A DNA stretch of 64,000 nucleotides from an uncultured delta proteobacterium (GCA_963733195.1 CAVTCR010000018.1:1-64000); one strand, 5' to 3'. Shown: positions 32,701-41,779, counted from the stretch's first letter. Numbers and translations: made by a program. Notes: generated from the sequence alone by a model not told the origin.

Positions 32701-32996
32701 CGCTGGTGTTTGAAGAATTTCACCAGGTAGACAACAGCGCCACTCGACAGTATAGCGGCACGGGCCTGGGGCTCTCGATCAGCCGCCACTTCGCGCAACT
32801 GTTGGGCGGAGACATCATGATACAAAGCACGATCGGGGTGGGCTCAACCTTCACCGTTAGTGTTCCGCTGCACTACGAAGCTGCTCAACTGGCTGCGCAC
32901 GTTGCAGCGGTCTCCGTCCGTGACGTCGGGACTCCTGTGTTTGAAACCGGTTCGGTGGCGCTAGCCATAGACGATCCTACAAAGGTAAAGTCATGA
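29748..32996 (+). CDS. MMPL/RND-domain sensor histidine kinase (MMPL-S-helix-HisKA-HATPase fusion)
   Basis: one 1082-aa ORF: ~780-aa two-repeat MMPL region, then LEQRVAERTQEL, SHELRTP (H box), NLLSNALKFT (N), DTGIGI (G1), GTGLGL (G2). Confidence 0.9.
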   Translation: MERVYHFIVHRPRLVLLLIALLTGFFAFHAQHIRLDGSVERLLPGNDPDNPYYQYYAEVRELFGNDEVGVIAVVADNIYVAEVLNKLQRLTKEIEKVDGVASVLSLANAVDPVADVTEPPWIMPQIPTTPAAATALQEKLADRPIYLKILVAPDGRAAAINIFFAEMSNDEFMHRGIDDTIQKIVERENTTAVQEQRPERWYYTGLPHFKVYSTKVMQRDLSRLVPLMLLFIVLVLFFCFRSLRGVLLPTLTVIVSLIWTLGIMVLSGGALSLGSMALPPLVLVVGVAYSLHVVAEYYELARPNRSPKEVVLETVRRINTPALMAALTAVLGFFVQALNPIVSIREMGIYSSLGITLAFVFSLTLVPALLAMLRLPNRRVDTFAPGLSARLRRLTSTVMQRRSLIITACAIVALLAFSQIPSIRVDSDFQSFFRPSDSIRQATDVVSHTLAGSMAFNVVIDGTTRDIMKQWETLRRIRTLQEAIDALPGVDKTVSFVDYCLLIDRGVQEGGGGLEVSPEGELVEPTVQASGKKTTFLENPEQLKAVMQLFAGRPKSLALVVNPEFSRTNILVRTSLSGSNDIAATVDKINTLAAEILPPELKAHPTGSIILLTKTIGDIVSIQAQSLTLTAVVIFVLMAAMFLSVRVGAIAMIPYLFTLLAFFGLIGASGVVFNLGTNTIALVILGITVDSTIHLMTRLSFELRTGADQEPALLQTLATVGKSNLYVSSSFFLGFLVYGFSTFVPMQQFGLLSATAMIVTLAANVVLLPALLASRRILTVWDLLYTVTQLTQKLEQRVAERTQELQKVNRQLEVASRHKSEFLARMSHELRTPMNAIIGFTRLVMRRSQNILPKHEHENLGKVLISAEHLLTLINDILDLSKVEAGRMEVHAVRFELEPLINLCLHTVEPLIKNERLRLVKKLEGGMPELFTDQDKLKQILMNLLSNALKFTEAGTITVTAQRQDRHVVISVADTGIGIPADQLALVFEEFHQVDNSATRQYSGTGLGLSISRHFAQLLGGDIMIQSTIGVGSTFTVSVPLHYEAAQLAAHVAAVSVRDVGTPVFETGSVALAIDDPTKVKS

Positions 32997-33358
32997 AGAA
33001 AATTCTGGTTGTAGAAGATGTGGAATTTAATCGCGATCTCCTCGTCCAACTCTTAGAGGACGACTACGAAGTCATTACCGCGCCTGATGGAGCGGCCGGG
33101 ATCATAGAAGCCGAGCGCGAACACCCCGACCTCATTCTCATGGATCTCTCGCTGCCGGTGGTCGATGGGTGGGAAGCGACTCGCCGAATCAAGGCCAACG
33201 CAGCACTGCACAACATTCCACTCATTGCGCTGACGGCCCACGCGATGAGTGGCGATGTAGAAAAGGCCCGAGCGTGTGGCTGTGACGATTATCTGAGCAA
33301 GCCGCTCGATGAAGACCTATTGTTTGAGAAGATAAAGCAGTTTTTAGGAGAAAGGTAG
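32993..33358 (+). CDS. single-domain response regulator (DivK/CheY-like)
   Basis: ILVVED, LMDLSLP, ALTAHAM, SKP; ATGA overlap with the kinase. Confidence 0.92.
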   Translation: MKKILVVEDVEFNRDLLVQLLEDDYEVITAPDGAAGIIEAEREHPDLILMDLSLPVVDGWEATRRIKANAALHNIPLIALTAHAMSGDVEKARACGCDDYLSKPLDEDLLFEKIKQFLGER

Positions 33359-33380
33359 AGTATATTCAGGGACCGCCGGC

Positions 33381-34468
33381 ATGGAGGGATACGTAATGCC
33401 CGAACGCCCCAAAATCCTCATCGTCGATGATGAGCCGTTCAACGTAGACTACCTGGAACAAGAACTAGCAGACCTTGGCTATGAGACAACCAGCGCCACC
33501 AACGGACAGGAGGCCCTAGAGAAGGTAGCTGCCGAAGCCCCAGACCTGATTCTCCTCGATGTAATGATGCCAATCATGGACGGGTTCACAGTTTGTCGCA
33601 CCCTGAAGGAGAGTGATGAGACACGGCTCATCCCCGTCGTGATCATGACTGCCCTGGATGGGATTGAGGATCGGATCAAAGGGATCGAGGCCGGGGCCGA
33701 CGATTTTCTCACCAAACCCGTTAATGATCGAGAGTTACTCGCTCGCGTGCGGACCACCTTGAAACTGAAACACACGGTAGACCATAAGCTGAACGAACTC
33801 CGGCGGATCAAAGATCACTTTGCGAAGTTTGTGCCCGAGGCCGTGAAGCGGCTTAGCCACTGTCGACCCCGAGGCACCAGCGCTGGCGAGGAAGCATGAG
33901 CAAGATGTGACGGTTCTCTTTCTTGGACATCAGTGGCTACACCCGTTTGAGCGAACGGCTACCGCCAGAGGTACTCAATACGCTGGTTGAACGTTATTTT
34001 TCTGCTTTTCTCGACCGTATCCATCAGGCCGACGGTGATATCAATGAAACTGCTGGTGATGGATTCATGGCCATTTTTCACGATGTTGATCGCTGCGTAC
34101 ACGCGGTCAAAGCTGTAGACACTGCGCTCGCCTTACTCGCGGCCACGGCAAGCGCTCAACCAAGAGAACCGTGAACATCCGCTCTCTATTCACATGGGTC
34201 TCAACTCTGGGACCGCGTCTGGTTGGCGCGACTCGCTTTCGAAGGGATGCATGGCGCGCGCTGGACTTTCACAGCCAGTGGCCCAGTAACGAATCTTGCG
34301 GCGAGGTTGGCAGGCGTTGCCAAGGCCGAACACATCCTTATTGGCCCTGAGATAGTGCGCCGTCTTGGGGAAAGCTATCGCCTAGAAAAAGTAGGGCGCG
34401 AACGCTTGAAAAACATAACCGAAGCCATAGATATTTACCGCGTTATGGGTCGATCGGTTTTGCTGTGA
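33381..34468 (+). CDS. REC-class III adenylate/guanylate cyclase (several apparent indels)
   Basis: REC then FAKFVP, VTVLFLDISGYT, NETAGDG, IHMGLNSG, GPVTNLAARL across ORFs 33381/33923/34223. Confidence 0.85.
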
Positions 34469-34520
34469 GGGTTGCTTTTCTCGACACAAGACCAAGGGAA
34501 AGAGTTCACTGCTCCTAATC

Positions 34521-35385
34521 TTACGGTCTCCTTTCTCCGGGTCCTGAAAACGGCGGCTTGACTTCTGTGACTGTAAGAATTTTCCAGGAACCGTTTTCTT
34601 TCTGAAGCGTGTACGAGGCACGTAGTTTCTCTAAAACAGATTGGTCTTTCTGGTAACGGGTTACATCAGCGACGATCAGCGCGGTTTCCTTCGTCAACGG
34701 CCAGACCTGAAGTTGATCCGTCACCGATCGGCCCCAGCCGCGCTTGTGTAGGTCGGTCATGACGCGTTGATAGGCGCGCTCGTGATCAGCGACCGTCAGT
34801 GTCACGATCATTCCCTGTTCGCCGAGCAAAAAGGCATGCGGGTGAGCCATACGAGCGAATAAATGCAGCGCGGTCCTCTTCATTGAAGCCATTGATGTAG
34901 TCGCGGTAAAACCTTTCGACTTCACTAATGATGGTCTTGGCATCAGCAACATTCTCCTGCGAACCCTCCGGTCCAACAAAAGGCGGCTTTACTTCAGTCA
35001 GCGTCAAAACTTTCCAGGCTCCACTATCTTTGCGCACAGTGTAACAATAGCGCCCGCTTTCCAGGATTGAATTGTCTTTTTTGTAGCGTGAGATGTCAGC
35101 CACAAGAAAGGCCATAATCTCGGCAATTGGCCACACCTGGAGTCGATTCACACCAGTATGATCCCAACCGCGTTCTTGAATCGAAGACATCACTTCTTGA
35201 TAGAATCGCTGTTGATCGGACTCTTTCGCGTTGATCGTCAGTCCATGTTCGCCACTGAGTATCCCGTTGGGGTAGCAGAACGAACGCAGGTACATGTCGG
35301 TATCCTCACGGTTGAAACCATCAATGAAGGTACGATAAAATGACTCCACTTCATTGGTGAGGGTAGTAGCATCCACCATAATCAT
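34521..35385 (-). CDS. tandem two-domain NTF2/SnoaL-like protein (frameshift near 34845)
   Basis: two homologous halves: EVExFYRxxIxGFNxED...RGW...LQVWP...VAD..RY.KD.S.LE...WK.LT.TEVKPPFxGP. Confidence 0.7.
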
Positions 35386-35432
35386 ACTCCTTTAAGCGAT
35401 CCACAAAGTAGTAAAGTTCAACCTCTGACAAT

Positions 35433-35461
35433 AAAAAAAGGAGCCGACTTCCGACGGCCCC
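35433..35461 (-). terminator. intrinsic terminator
   Basis: minus strand GGGGCCG-TCGGAAGT-CGGCTCC followed by T7. Confidence 0.7.
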
Positions 35462-35551
35462 TGTATATCATGACAGGGTTCATTTGCAGTAGGGCACCCC
35501 TCCTGAAACTGTAACCATACCCCTGAGACATTCCTTAAATTGAAATCTTGC

Positions 35552-35929
35552 TTAGCGGTACGCCACAATTTCCAGCAGGTTCCCGTCCGGGTCAAGAAAA
35601 TACAAACAGTCGTGATCTCCCCAGTCAATCGGTCCGTAGGTCGGTATGCTGCGAGCCTTGAATACCTCCTGCGCCGCTTGCCAATCCGTACGGCTCACTG
35701 TGAAGGCGTGGTGTCCTTTGCCCAGGGGATTCTCGATCCGGTCCGTTACTCGTGGTGACAGATCTCGGCGCTCGAATAGTGCGAGGTTGAGATTACCGCA
35801 CTGCAATAACACTTGGTGACGACCGAAGCGTTGTACGACGGTCAGACCAAGGACTTCAGTATAGAAGCGTTCAGCACGGTCAAGATCGAAAACATCAACA
35901 CCAAAATGGTCGAGACAGAGTAGTTGCAT
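35552..35929 (-). CDS. VOC/glyoxalase family protein
   Basis: LDHFG..V.DL..AERFY.EVLG, HHAF, YFLDPDGNLLEI. Confidence 0.9.
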   Translation of the reverse strand: MQLLCLDHFGVDVFDLDRAERFYTEVLGLTVVQRFGRHQVLLQCGNLNLALFERRDLSPRVTDRIENPLGKGHHAFTVSRTDWQAAQEVFKARSIPTYGPIDWGDHDCLYFLDPDGNLLEIVAYR

Positions 35930-36057
35930 GGGTGGATCGTACACTAGCTACTGTTACACGAGAAGTGTAGAGCAGAGAATCAAGACGAGAAGACCCCAAC
36001 GGGGTTGCTCCTACCATCATCAAGTGACAGAGTGCCAGGCGTCATGGAGGAAACCTC

Positions 36058-36494
36058 ATGCCTCTCTTCCAAGCGAGCATGGAATTCGTGGCGACGTTGG
36101 CATGCGCTATTTTCGCCGGGGCCGCACTCTACATTAACTTAGTCGAGCATCCGGCACGTATGGTCTGCGGCACGGAGATAGCAATACGCCAATGGGCACC
36201 AAGCTACAAACGGGCTACATGGATGCAAGCACCGTTGGCCATTGTCGGATTTCTCGTGCCGTCCTTGCTTGGCTCGCAGGGTCAAGCCTATGGTGGCTAT
36301 TCGGTGGAATGTTGCTCGGTCTGGTCGTTCTATTCACCTTCGTGATAATTCTGCCAACAAATAAACGGCTGCTGTCCCCGGGCCTCGATCAACGCGCAGA
36401 AGAAACTCGACAGCTCTTGGAAAAATGGAGTCAATTACACGGTGTGAGAAGTGTGCTCAGCACCTTGGCCCTGCTTATTTTTCTGCTGCATTGA
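36058..36494 (+). CDS. DUF1772 (anthrone oxygenase-like) membrane protein (frameshift near 36257)
   Basis: FAGAALYINLVEHPAR, WAPSYKRA..MQA, PTNKRLL, W..LH.VRS. Confidence 0.8.
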
Positions 36495-36526
36495 CAACTC
36501 CTTCTAATATTTTAAGGAGATGAGCG

Positions 36527-36817
36527 ATGGAATTTTTGATCATAGCGTACGACGGTAAAGACCCTGAAGCAAAAGCACGTCGCTTATGCGTGCGTCAGGC
36601 TCATCTCGATGGTGTGCAAGCGATGAAACAAGCCGGCACCTTTATTAACGGCGGGGCTATTCTCGACGAGAACGGCGAGGTGATCGGTTCGACGCTCTAC
36701 ATGGATTTTCCTTCGCGGGCAGATCTCGATCAGTGGTTAACCAGTGACCCTTATATCACCGGTGGTGTGTGGGTCGATATCGAGGTACGGCCAATCCGCC
36801 TAGCATTTCGCTCGTAA
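36527..36817 (+). CDS. YciI family protein
   Basis: R...RQAHL, GGAILD, GS, SDPY..GGVW. Confidence 0.88.
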   Translation: MEFLIIAYDGKDPEAKARRLCVRQAHLDGVQAMKQAGTFINGGAILDENGEVIGSTLYMDFPSRADLDQWLTSDPYITGGVWVDIEVRPIRLAFRS

Positions 36818-36834
36818 TTTTTAGGAACAGGGAT

Positions 36835-37512
36835 GTGAGACAACATAGTACGCGTGCGATCGTTTGTCGTACACTGATCTTCATCTTTGCAGTAACAGCC
36901 TGTCATCCTACGACTGTGTCGAAGGAAGCGACGCCAGAAGAAATCGCGACTTTCTTCAAAGGGTCCCACAAAAAGGTACTCACCTTCGTTGGGTACTCTG
37001 GCGCGGAGTATGAGGATAAAACAGCGATGCTTGATCAGGCAAAACGCATACTTGCCGAGTTTGATCACGCCAAAACGATCGTCAACATCGGCGCAACTCT
37101 CGATGGCATCGGTGCTATATACAAAGAAGCGAAGCACCGGGGATTTGTCACCACAGGTATCGTTTCCACTCAAGCACGAGAGGCGAAGGCCACACTCTCG
37201 CCGTATGTTGATCATGTATTCTATGTCAAAGATACAACCTGGGGTGGACTGATGCAGGGCTCCGAGCAACTCTCACCAACCTCTACAGCAATAGTCAAAT
37301 CTAGTGATGTCATCATCGGTATTGGCGGTGGTGAAGTCGCCCGAGACGAAATGCTCGTAGCAAAGCGGTTAGGCAAAGATGTTCGCTTTATCCCGGCGGA
37401 CATGAACCATCAGAGAGCTATTGAGAAGGCAGAGCAAAAGGGGCAACCCGCGCCAACAGAGTTCCGAGGTGCTACTCACGCAGTGTTTTCGTCAAATGTA
37501 GTGGGCGAATGA
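36835..37512 (+). CDS. putative lipoprotein with SLOG-like Rossmannoid domain
   Basis: lipobox-like AVTAC; TFVGYSG, NIGAT..GIG, TTGI, SDVIIGIGGG...DE. Confidence 0.55.
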   Translation: MRQHSTRAIVCRTLIFIFAVTACHPTTVSKEATPEEIATFFKGSHKKVLTFVGYSGAEYEDKTAMLDQAKRILAEFDHAKTIVNIGATLDGIGAIYKEAKHRGFVTTGIVSTQAREAKATLSPYVDHVFYVKDTTWGGLMQGSEQLSPTSTAIVKSSDVIIGIGGGEVARDEMLVAKRLGKDVRFIPADMNHQRAIEKAEQKGQPAPTEFRGATHAVFSSNVVGE

Positions 37513-37853
37513 TCCGCGCCTTAACTTTGCTTCCTATATCTTCGCTACCTCTCGCGTGAGGTCAAAGGAACGGATTGTGACATCACTCACACCAATATAC
37601 TCCGGATAGGTCTGTTGCTCCTTCATCGCTTCCTCCGTGCTCGAATCAGCTTCCATTCTAGTCACATTCGTGTTGAACAGTGTTGGTGCTAGATGACGTT
37701 CAGCGCTGAATTCCCTATATCCCTCTCCTCCTGTCGGGTGCTTTTATACTACAGAAGAGGCAGGAGAGGAAATTCCGTTCCTCCACTCGCTTGACTTCGT
37801 TGACCACCGTGGCACCCTCGTGTCCTGTGAGTGTTTTTGCAAAGGAGTCTTTC

Positions 37854-39056
37854 ATGTCCCTCGCGGAAACATCTATCTCCCCTGGCTCTGATTCCCTCGA
37901 TTCTCCGTCTCTCCTCGAAATCGCACGAAGATTCGCGCCACAAATCTGTCTTGTCTACGAGCAGATTGAGGCTGACCGCCGACTTCCATCCGTACTCGTC
38001 ACCTCTCTAGCCGAGGCGGGCCTGTTTCGCATGTTGGTTCCCCACGCCCTTGGTGGGTTGGAAACCGATGTCATAACCATGCTTCAGGTTTTTGAGGAGT
38101 TAGCGAAAATCGATGGGTCGGTTGGGTGGTGCACCATGATTGGAGCAACCGGTGGACTAGTCAGCGCGTATTTACCAGAAAACACCGCTCGGACGATTTA
38201 CGGGAGCGACCCACACGTCATCACAGGTGGAGCCTTAGCACCGACAGGCAAGGCCGTAGCTGTCGACGGTGGCTACCGCGTGAGCGGACGGTGGCAATTC
38301 AACAGTGGCTGTCAGCATTGCTCGTGGCTCATGGGTACCTGCATCATCTTCGACGGGGATACACCCCGTAAAGGCAAGAACGGTGAACTGGTATCAACCA
38401 TGATGATCTTTCCTGCCACCGACGTCGAGGTCATTGATACTTGGACAGTCTCCGGCTTACGAGGAAGCGGGAGTCATGACATCGCTGTGAATGACGTATT
38501 CGTCCCCGACGGCTACCATGCGTCTCTTGTCTCTGACCGCCCATTTCATAATGGGCTACTGTACCGATTCCCCATTTTCGGCTTACTCGCCTCCTCCGTA
38601 GCCAGCGTCGCCCTCGGCATGGCACGAGGCGCCATCAACACACTCAGGGAAATGGCACCTAAGAAACGTCTCACCACAACTCGCAAGCGGATGGTAGAGC
38701 GCGAGGTGGTACAGATGCAAGTCGCGCAAGCAGAAGGATTACTACGCTCTGGTCGGGCGTTTCTTTTCGATACCGTGCAGGAAGTGTGGAACAAGGTAAG
38801 TGCACATGTCGCGCCCTCTCTCGAACAGCGAGCGCTGTTACGCCTGGCTGCGACACAAGCAGCAATTCAAGCCGCACAGGCCATTGACCTCATGTACCAT
38901 GCCGCAGGAACGAGTTCGATTTGGGCGCATAATCCTTTGCAACGTCACTTCCGAGATGTGCACGTTGTCACCCAGCATGCAATTCTCAGTACGCCCATCT
39001 ATGAGATGGCTGGCCGCGTGTTTCTTGGACAACCAACCGAAACGGCAATGCTCTAA
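37854..39056 (+). CDS. flavin-dependent monooxygenase, acyl-CoA dehydrogenase fold (HsaA-like)
   Basis: DGSVGW, GRWQFNSGC, DTW.VSGLRGSGS, LQRHFRD. Confidence 0.88.
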   Translation: MSLAETSISPGSDSLDSPSLLEIARRFAPQICLVYEQIEADRRLPSVLVTSLAEAGLFRMLVPHALGGLETDVITMLQVFEELAKIDGSVGWCTMIGATGGLVSAYLPENTARTIYGSDPHVITGGALAPTGKAVAVDGGYRVSGRWQFNSGCQHCSWLMGTCIIFDGDTPRKGKNGELVSTMMIFPATDVEVIDTWTVSGLRGSGSHDIAVNDVFVPDGYHASLVSDRPFHNGLLYRFPIFGLLASSVASVALGMARGAINTLREMAPKKRLTTTRKRMVEREVVQMQVAQAEGLLRSGRAFLFDTVQEVWNKVSAHVAPSLEQRALLRLAATQAAIQAAQAIDLMYHAAGTSSIWAHNPLQRHFRDVHVVTQHAILSTPIYEMAGRVFLGQPTETAML

Positions 39057-39110
39057 GATGCCCACAGCGTGTTTCTCTAATGAAGTGAGATGATCACAAC
39101 CGGAGTTCTT

Positions 39111-39164
39111 GGCGGGACCGGCTTCTAGCCCGTCCTTCGTAACAGGCTGGAAGCCTATTCTACC
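39111..39164. repeat. REP-like double hairpin
   Basis: GGCGGGACCGGCTTCTAGCCCGTC ... ACAGGCTGGAAGCCTATTCTAC. Confidence 0.45.
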
Positions 39165-39218
39165 CAGGTCTTACCCAATTCGGTTGTCAAAACTCGTTAG
39201 AGGTTAAAGTGGAGCGCT

Positions 39219-39662
39219 CTACCACTGACCAAGGTCGATGACGAGCGGTGTCACCGTCGGATCGTGATAGGGACCGTACACGCGGAACGGTAGCGTGGTC
39301 AGCATTTCTGCGCCACGGGCAAGTAATTGTCCCGCGAGCGGAACCTTCGCCACACTACTCGTGATCCCATGGAGTGGCATGAACGAGGTCTTCAAGTCGA
39401 GCGTGTGCTGGCCCAGATCGATTTCGCCTGTAGCCTCAATACGGACGGAGTTACTCGCAAGAGACAAATTCGGAGTTACGGCCACTCCGTTCCCAAAAAC
39501 AAAATCCCCAGCAAGCGACGAAAACGCCAGGCCGTCGTTTGGTAGACGTGGCAGTTGAAAACTCAGTAGCTCTTGTAGACTCACGGCAGACCATAATCGC
39601 ACCAACATCGGTATTTGTTGAGCCATTCCATCAGCAATTGCAGCTGAACAGAGCCATGCCAA
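39219..39662 (-). pseudogene. AsmA-like C-terminal fragment
   Basis: FSSLAGDF..GNGV..T, G.IDL..LD, KVPLAGQLL, F.V.G...DP.V; lacks the N-terminal part and a clear start. Confidence 0.6.
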
Positions 39663-39791
39663 GCGACTTGCCGCTGATCAAGCTGCGATGACCATGTCGG
39701 AGCAACGGCCCGAAGCTCAATCGTCTCAAGTTCTCCTTCGCTGCCACCAGTGCGACGGAAAATCGCAACCAACACCACATGCACGTTCACC

Positions 39792-40694
39792 TCAGAATTT
39801 CGCTTCGTCTGGCCGAGCAGCAGGATCGGCAAGGAACTCTCGCAATACGCGGACATACGTTTCACCACCAGCCTCATGCAGGTTGTTGTGCCCGGCACCC
39901 TCGATCGCGTAGAATCGCTTCGGTTGCGGTGCCAAGGCATACAACGCTTGTCCTTGATGAAACGGAACCGTCCAGTCTTCTGTGCCGTGGATAATTAACA
40001 GCGGAGAGGGGAACCGTTCGACTAAGCGAGCAGAATTCAGATCCTGATCCACAAGAAAAGCAAGCGGTGGTAACCGGAGCTCCCCCATGGCGCGTAAAGA
40101 GAGAAAGGGCGCAAGGAGAACAGCATGGCTCGGTGGGGTTTCCAGTGCAAGCGTTACCACCACTGCCGCCCCTAGTGACTCGCCAAGATACACCACCGGT
40201 CGGCCTGCAATCCAGCCGCGCTGCTGCGCACAGGCAATCGCTGCACGACCGTCATCTAGAATACCGGGAATAGACGGTTTCCCTCGGCTCTTACCAAAAC
40301 CTTGATAGTCAAACACAAAGTGACTGCCCCCCACGCGATTGTGCAGGAGGCGAAGATGGGCAAGACGATGACCAATGTTTCCTGCGTTGCCATGGAACCA
40401 GATAAACAACGGGTCCGCCGTACCTGTAGGCGTCTGACGGCTTGGCACATACCATCCATGGAGCAAGCGACCGTCGGCTCCGCCAAACCACACTTCCTCA
40501 TACGGCAATCCGTATGCCGCAGGTGAAGTATCGACCTTTGTATTTGGATGAAAGACAAAGGTATTCTTGAGCCAGTCGATCGGAGAGGTCAGTAACGAAC
40601 CGAGCAGCGCACTGACCGAGGCCCAACCGATTTTCCAATTTACCGTGTTTGCGTCACTCATCATTGGCTTGATAATGTCACGAGCTTCATTCAT
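39792..40694 (-). CDS. alpha/beta hydrolase (ABHD13/17-like)
   Basis: FHGNAGN, DYQGFGKS, GESLG, HGTED, GAGHN. Confidence 0.9.
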   Translation of the reverse strand: MNEARDIIKPMMSDANTVNWKIGWASVSALLGSLLTSPIDWLKNTFVFHPNTKVDTSPAAYGLPYEEVWFGGADGRLLHGWYVPSRQTPTGTADPLFIWFHGNAGNIGHRLAHLRLLHNRVGGSHFVFDYQGFGKSRGKPSIPGILDDGRAAIACAQQRGWIAGRPVVYLGESLGAAVVVTLALETPPSHAVLLAPFLSLRAMGELRLPPLAFLVDQDLNSARLVERFPSPLLIIHGTEDWTVPFHQGQALYALAPQPKRFYAIEGAGHNNLHEAGGETYVRVLREFLADPAARPDEAKF

Positions 40695-40762
40695 TCTGCA
40701 GACTCACGTCGTCCTAAGAATTATAGCGACGTCAGAAAAATTTCGCAGCAAGGAGGGGTGCC

Positions 40763-41644
40763 ATGTCGAATAAAGTTATCATCGAAGTACGGATTAATGA
40801 ATATGCAATGCGCGACGCGAATCCTAACGTACCATATTCACCAGAAGAAATTTCTACCCAGGCATTAGAATGTTGGCGCGAAGGCGCATCGATCATTCAC
40901 TATCATGCTCGTGATTCCAAGACCGGCGCTCCAGCTTCGGACGCGAAGCTCTACGCTGACACCGTTCGTCGTATCAAAGAAAAAAGCGACGTTATTACGA
41001 TGCCCACGTTGGGTGCATGGTGGCTACCGTCGGTAGAGGCTCGTATCGCTCACATCGTCGAGATGGCCAAGGATCCCATGACCAGGCCAGACTTCGGACC
41101 GATCGACATGGCAACTAGTAACGTCGATACCTACGATCCGCATGCACAACGCTTTAAGACCAATGAAACTGTCTATGTGAATACGACCAAAACCTGGCAG
41201 TTCTTTGCTGAAACCATGAAGTCGGTCGGCGTCAAACCTATCCAAGCATTGTGGAATGTGTCTTCGATTCGCGCAACCCAAGCATTTGTTGATATGGGCA
41301 TCTTTACCGAACCGGTCTATTGCGAACTCGTACTGACAGAAGACTGGTTGCTCAGCGGCCATCCCGGAACGGTCAAAGGTATGCAAGCATTTTTGGATTT
41401 CCTTCCGCAGAAACAGAACTGGCAGTGGTCGGTGTTGTGTGTCGGCGGCAACCTCTTTCCACTGGTCGCCGCGGCAATTGAGCGTGGAGGACACGTCTCG
41501 ATCGGCCTGGGTGATTACCCGTACCCTGAGTTAGAGCGGCCCACGAATGCTCGCCTCGTCGCCCGCGTAGCTCAAATTGCACGGGAGATGGGACGTGAAG
41601 TTGCGACGCCACAAGAAGCACGAGCAATGCTAGGACTGAAATAA
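40763..41644 (+). CDS. beta-keto acid cleavage enzyme (DUF849/Kce family)
   Basis: NPNVPYSPEEI, GASIIHYHAR, GGHVSIGLGD, TNARLV, REVATP. Confidence 0.88.
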   Translation: MSNKVIIEVRINEYAMRDANPNVPYSPEEISTQALECWREGASIIHYHARDSKTGAPASDAKLYADTVRRIKEKSDVITMPTLGAWWLPSVEARIAHIVEMAKDPMTRPDFGPIDMATSNVDTYDPHAQRFKTNETVYVNTTKTWQFFAETMKSVGVKPIQALWNVSSIRATQAFVDMGIFTEPVYCELVLTEDWLLSGHPGTVKGMQAFLDFLPQKQNWQWSVLCVGGNLFPLVAAAIERGGHVSIGLGDYPYPELERPTNARLVARVAQIAREMGREVATPQEARAMLGLK

Positions 41645-41656
41645 GAGGATGACGAC

Positions 41657-41742
41657 ATGGAATAGCTCACAGGAAAAGTCGCGGTCATCACTAGTGGTGC
41701 GAGCGGCATCGGCTTTGCCACTATCAATTCGTCAACGGTTTG
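41657..41742 (+). pseudogene. SDR N-terminal remnant
   Basis: ME*LTGKVAVITSGASGIGFAT, then lost. Confidence 0.65.
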
Positions 41743-41779
41743 AACGCGTCGACAAGACGTTTGAAAAATAGAGGGCATC

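Noticed and set aside
35433-35505. SRP RNA (ffs) or TPP riboswitch call
   Set aside because: Lacks the SRP helix-8 core and the TPP CTGAGA motif; kept only as an unidentified structured segment
41657-41670. In-frame TAG as pyrrolysine or readthrough
   Set aside because: The SDR homology ends after ~25 codons, so it is a remnant
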